A stretch of DNA of 52,187 bases from an uncultured Luminiphilus sp. (GTDB taxonomy: Bacteria; Pseudomonadota; Gammaproteobacteria; Pseudomonadales; Halieaceae). Each line of letters opens with the position of its first letter. Within the stretch, counting starts at the first letter, position 1. Below the pieces are notes generated by a model. That model did not search any database, was not told where the DNA came from, and was given only the letters and a program-made list of their open reading frames with translations. The position numbers and the translations under genes were made by a program. Of the stretch, positions 51,207 to 52,187 are shown piece by piece. Where the stretch lies: NCBI GenBank assembly GCA_905478845.1, contig CAJQKG010000155.1:1-52187 (forward strand). The letters run 5' to 3'.

Positions 51207-52027
51207 CCCCGCTGAGCGGTGAGACCGCGCTCGCCACGTCTGGATCGGCCCGAGTGATCCAGCTGTCAGATACGCATCTCATGGCGGAACCCGGGGGGCG
51301 ACTGGTGGGCATTGATACCGATCAGTCATTGGCGGCGGTTTGCCGTCTGATTGCCCAGCAAGAGCACGTCGACGCACTGTTATTAACCGGTGACTTGGCC
51401 GGCGATGAAAGTGAGAAGGCCTACGAAAGATTGTGTAGCCTGATAGAGCCGCTCGGCATCCCCAGCTTTTGGCTGCCGGGGAACCATGATTCAATTTGGC
51501 CGGCGAGCCATCCGTTGGCGCATTACTTTAGACGCGACATTCGACTGTCCCACTGGGATATTGTCATGCTGAATACGCAACAACCAGGAGAGGTCGCGGG
51601 TCTGCTGGCTGAGTCGGAGTTGACAGCGTTGCGCGTTGCGGTTGCGAAAGCGATCAAAACCGATAGACCGCTGCTCGTTGCAACACATCACCCATTGATG
51701 CCGGTCGGGTGTGCGTGGCTCGATGAACAAAGCGTTCGTAACGCTACCGAGGCGCTCGCGGTATTGGCCCCATTGGGCAATCGGGCAACGGTGGTATCAG
51801 GACATGTTCATCAGGATTCTGTTCAGGCGCATCGCGGCGTACAATGCCTGACCGCGCCCTCCACGTGTGTCCAGTTTGCGCCCCAGTCCGCTCATTTTCA
51901 GGTGGACGATGTGGCACCGGGGTGTCGTTTATTAGTGCTACATGATGACGGGCAGTGGGCAGCGGACGTGCTGCGAGTGGTTGATGAGGCCTTTACGGTC
52001 GATCTGGCCTCGCGCGGTTACGCCTAA
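51203..52027 (+). CDS. cpdA: 3',5'-cyclic-AMP phosphodiesterase
   Basis: Metallophosphoesterase motifs SDTH, TGDL, PGNHD, THHP, GHVHQ, PSTCVQF. Confidence 0.92.
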   Translation: MTPLSGETALATSGSARVIQLSDTHLMAEPGGRLVGIDTDQSLAAVCRLIAQQEHVDALLLTGDLAGDESEKAYERLCSLIEPLGIPSFWLPGNHDSIWPASHPLAHYFRRDIRLSHWDIVMLNTQQPGEVAGLLAESELTALRVAVAKAIKTDRPLLVATHHPLMPVGCAWLDEQSVRNATEALAVLAPLGNRATVVSGHVHQDSVQAHRGVQCLTAPSTCVQFAPQSAHFQVDDVAPGCRLLVLHDDGQWAADVLRVVDEAFTVDLASRGYA

Positions 52028-52114
52028 ATAGGATGCGTTGAAAGGGGGCTGATCGCTTACTAGAGCGGCTTCGATCCAGGGCAACGACGACAGAGACACC
52101 AACAGTGGTAGGCC

Positions 52115-52187
52115 ATGACCGAATATAACGCTGATGCGATCGAGGTACTGACCGGGCTAGATCCAGTCCGTAAGCGGCCTGGCATGT
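52115..52187 (+). CDS. parE: DNA topoisomerase IV subunit B (5' end only)
   Basis: MTEYNADAIEVLTGLDPVRKRPGM, in the usual position downstream of cpdA. Confidence 0.9.
   Translation, partial: MTEYNADAIEVLTGLDPVRKRPGM

Overview
Gene-dense core-genome stretch of a gammaproteobacterium. Gene order and protein style resemble marine Cellvibrionales (OM60/NOR5, Halieaceae-like); this is inference, not a database result. It runs glyS/glyQ, lpxL, djlA, trkH/trkA, rsmB, fmt, def, a LysM (TsaP-like) gene, dprA, tsaC, hemF, aroE and a gamma-carbonic anhydrase. Next come a caa3-type cytochrome c oxidase cluster, polA, engB, cytochromes c5/c4, dsbA, Lrp-leuA, ilvD, argA, glnE and ilvE. After an envelope/polysaccharide block it ends with waaA, tolC, yqiB, cpdA and the start of parE. 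I recognised no rRNA, tRNA, CRISPR, transposase or phage genes. The most notable element is a four-gene module at about 44.1-47.8 kb: a GT4 glycosyltransferase, a SAM methyltransferase, a 'prenyltransferase'-annotated alpha-barrel protein and a second methyltransferase. From recalled sequence motifs it resembles the mycobacterial 3-O-methylmannose polysaccharide (MMP) cluster (ManT, MeT3, MmpH, MeT1). It sits where Pseudomonas-like genomes carry LPS heptose-core genes, and its glycosyltransferase appears to need a non-canonical start codon. Other oddities are a convergently split rml operon with a 13-bp-periodic structured spacer, a cox cluster lacking ctaA/ctaB, and several absent genes relative to the usual order.
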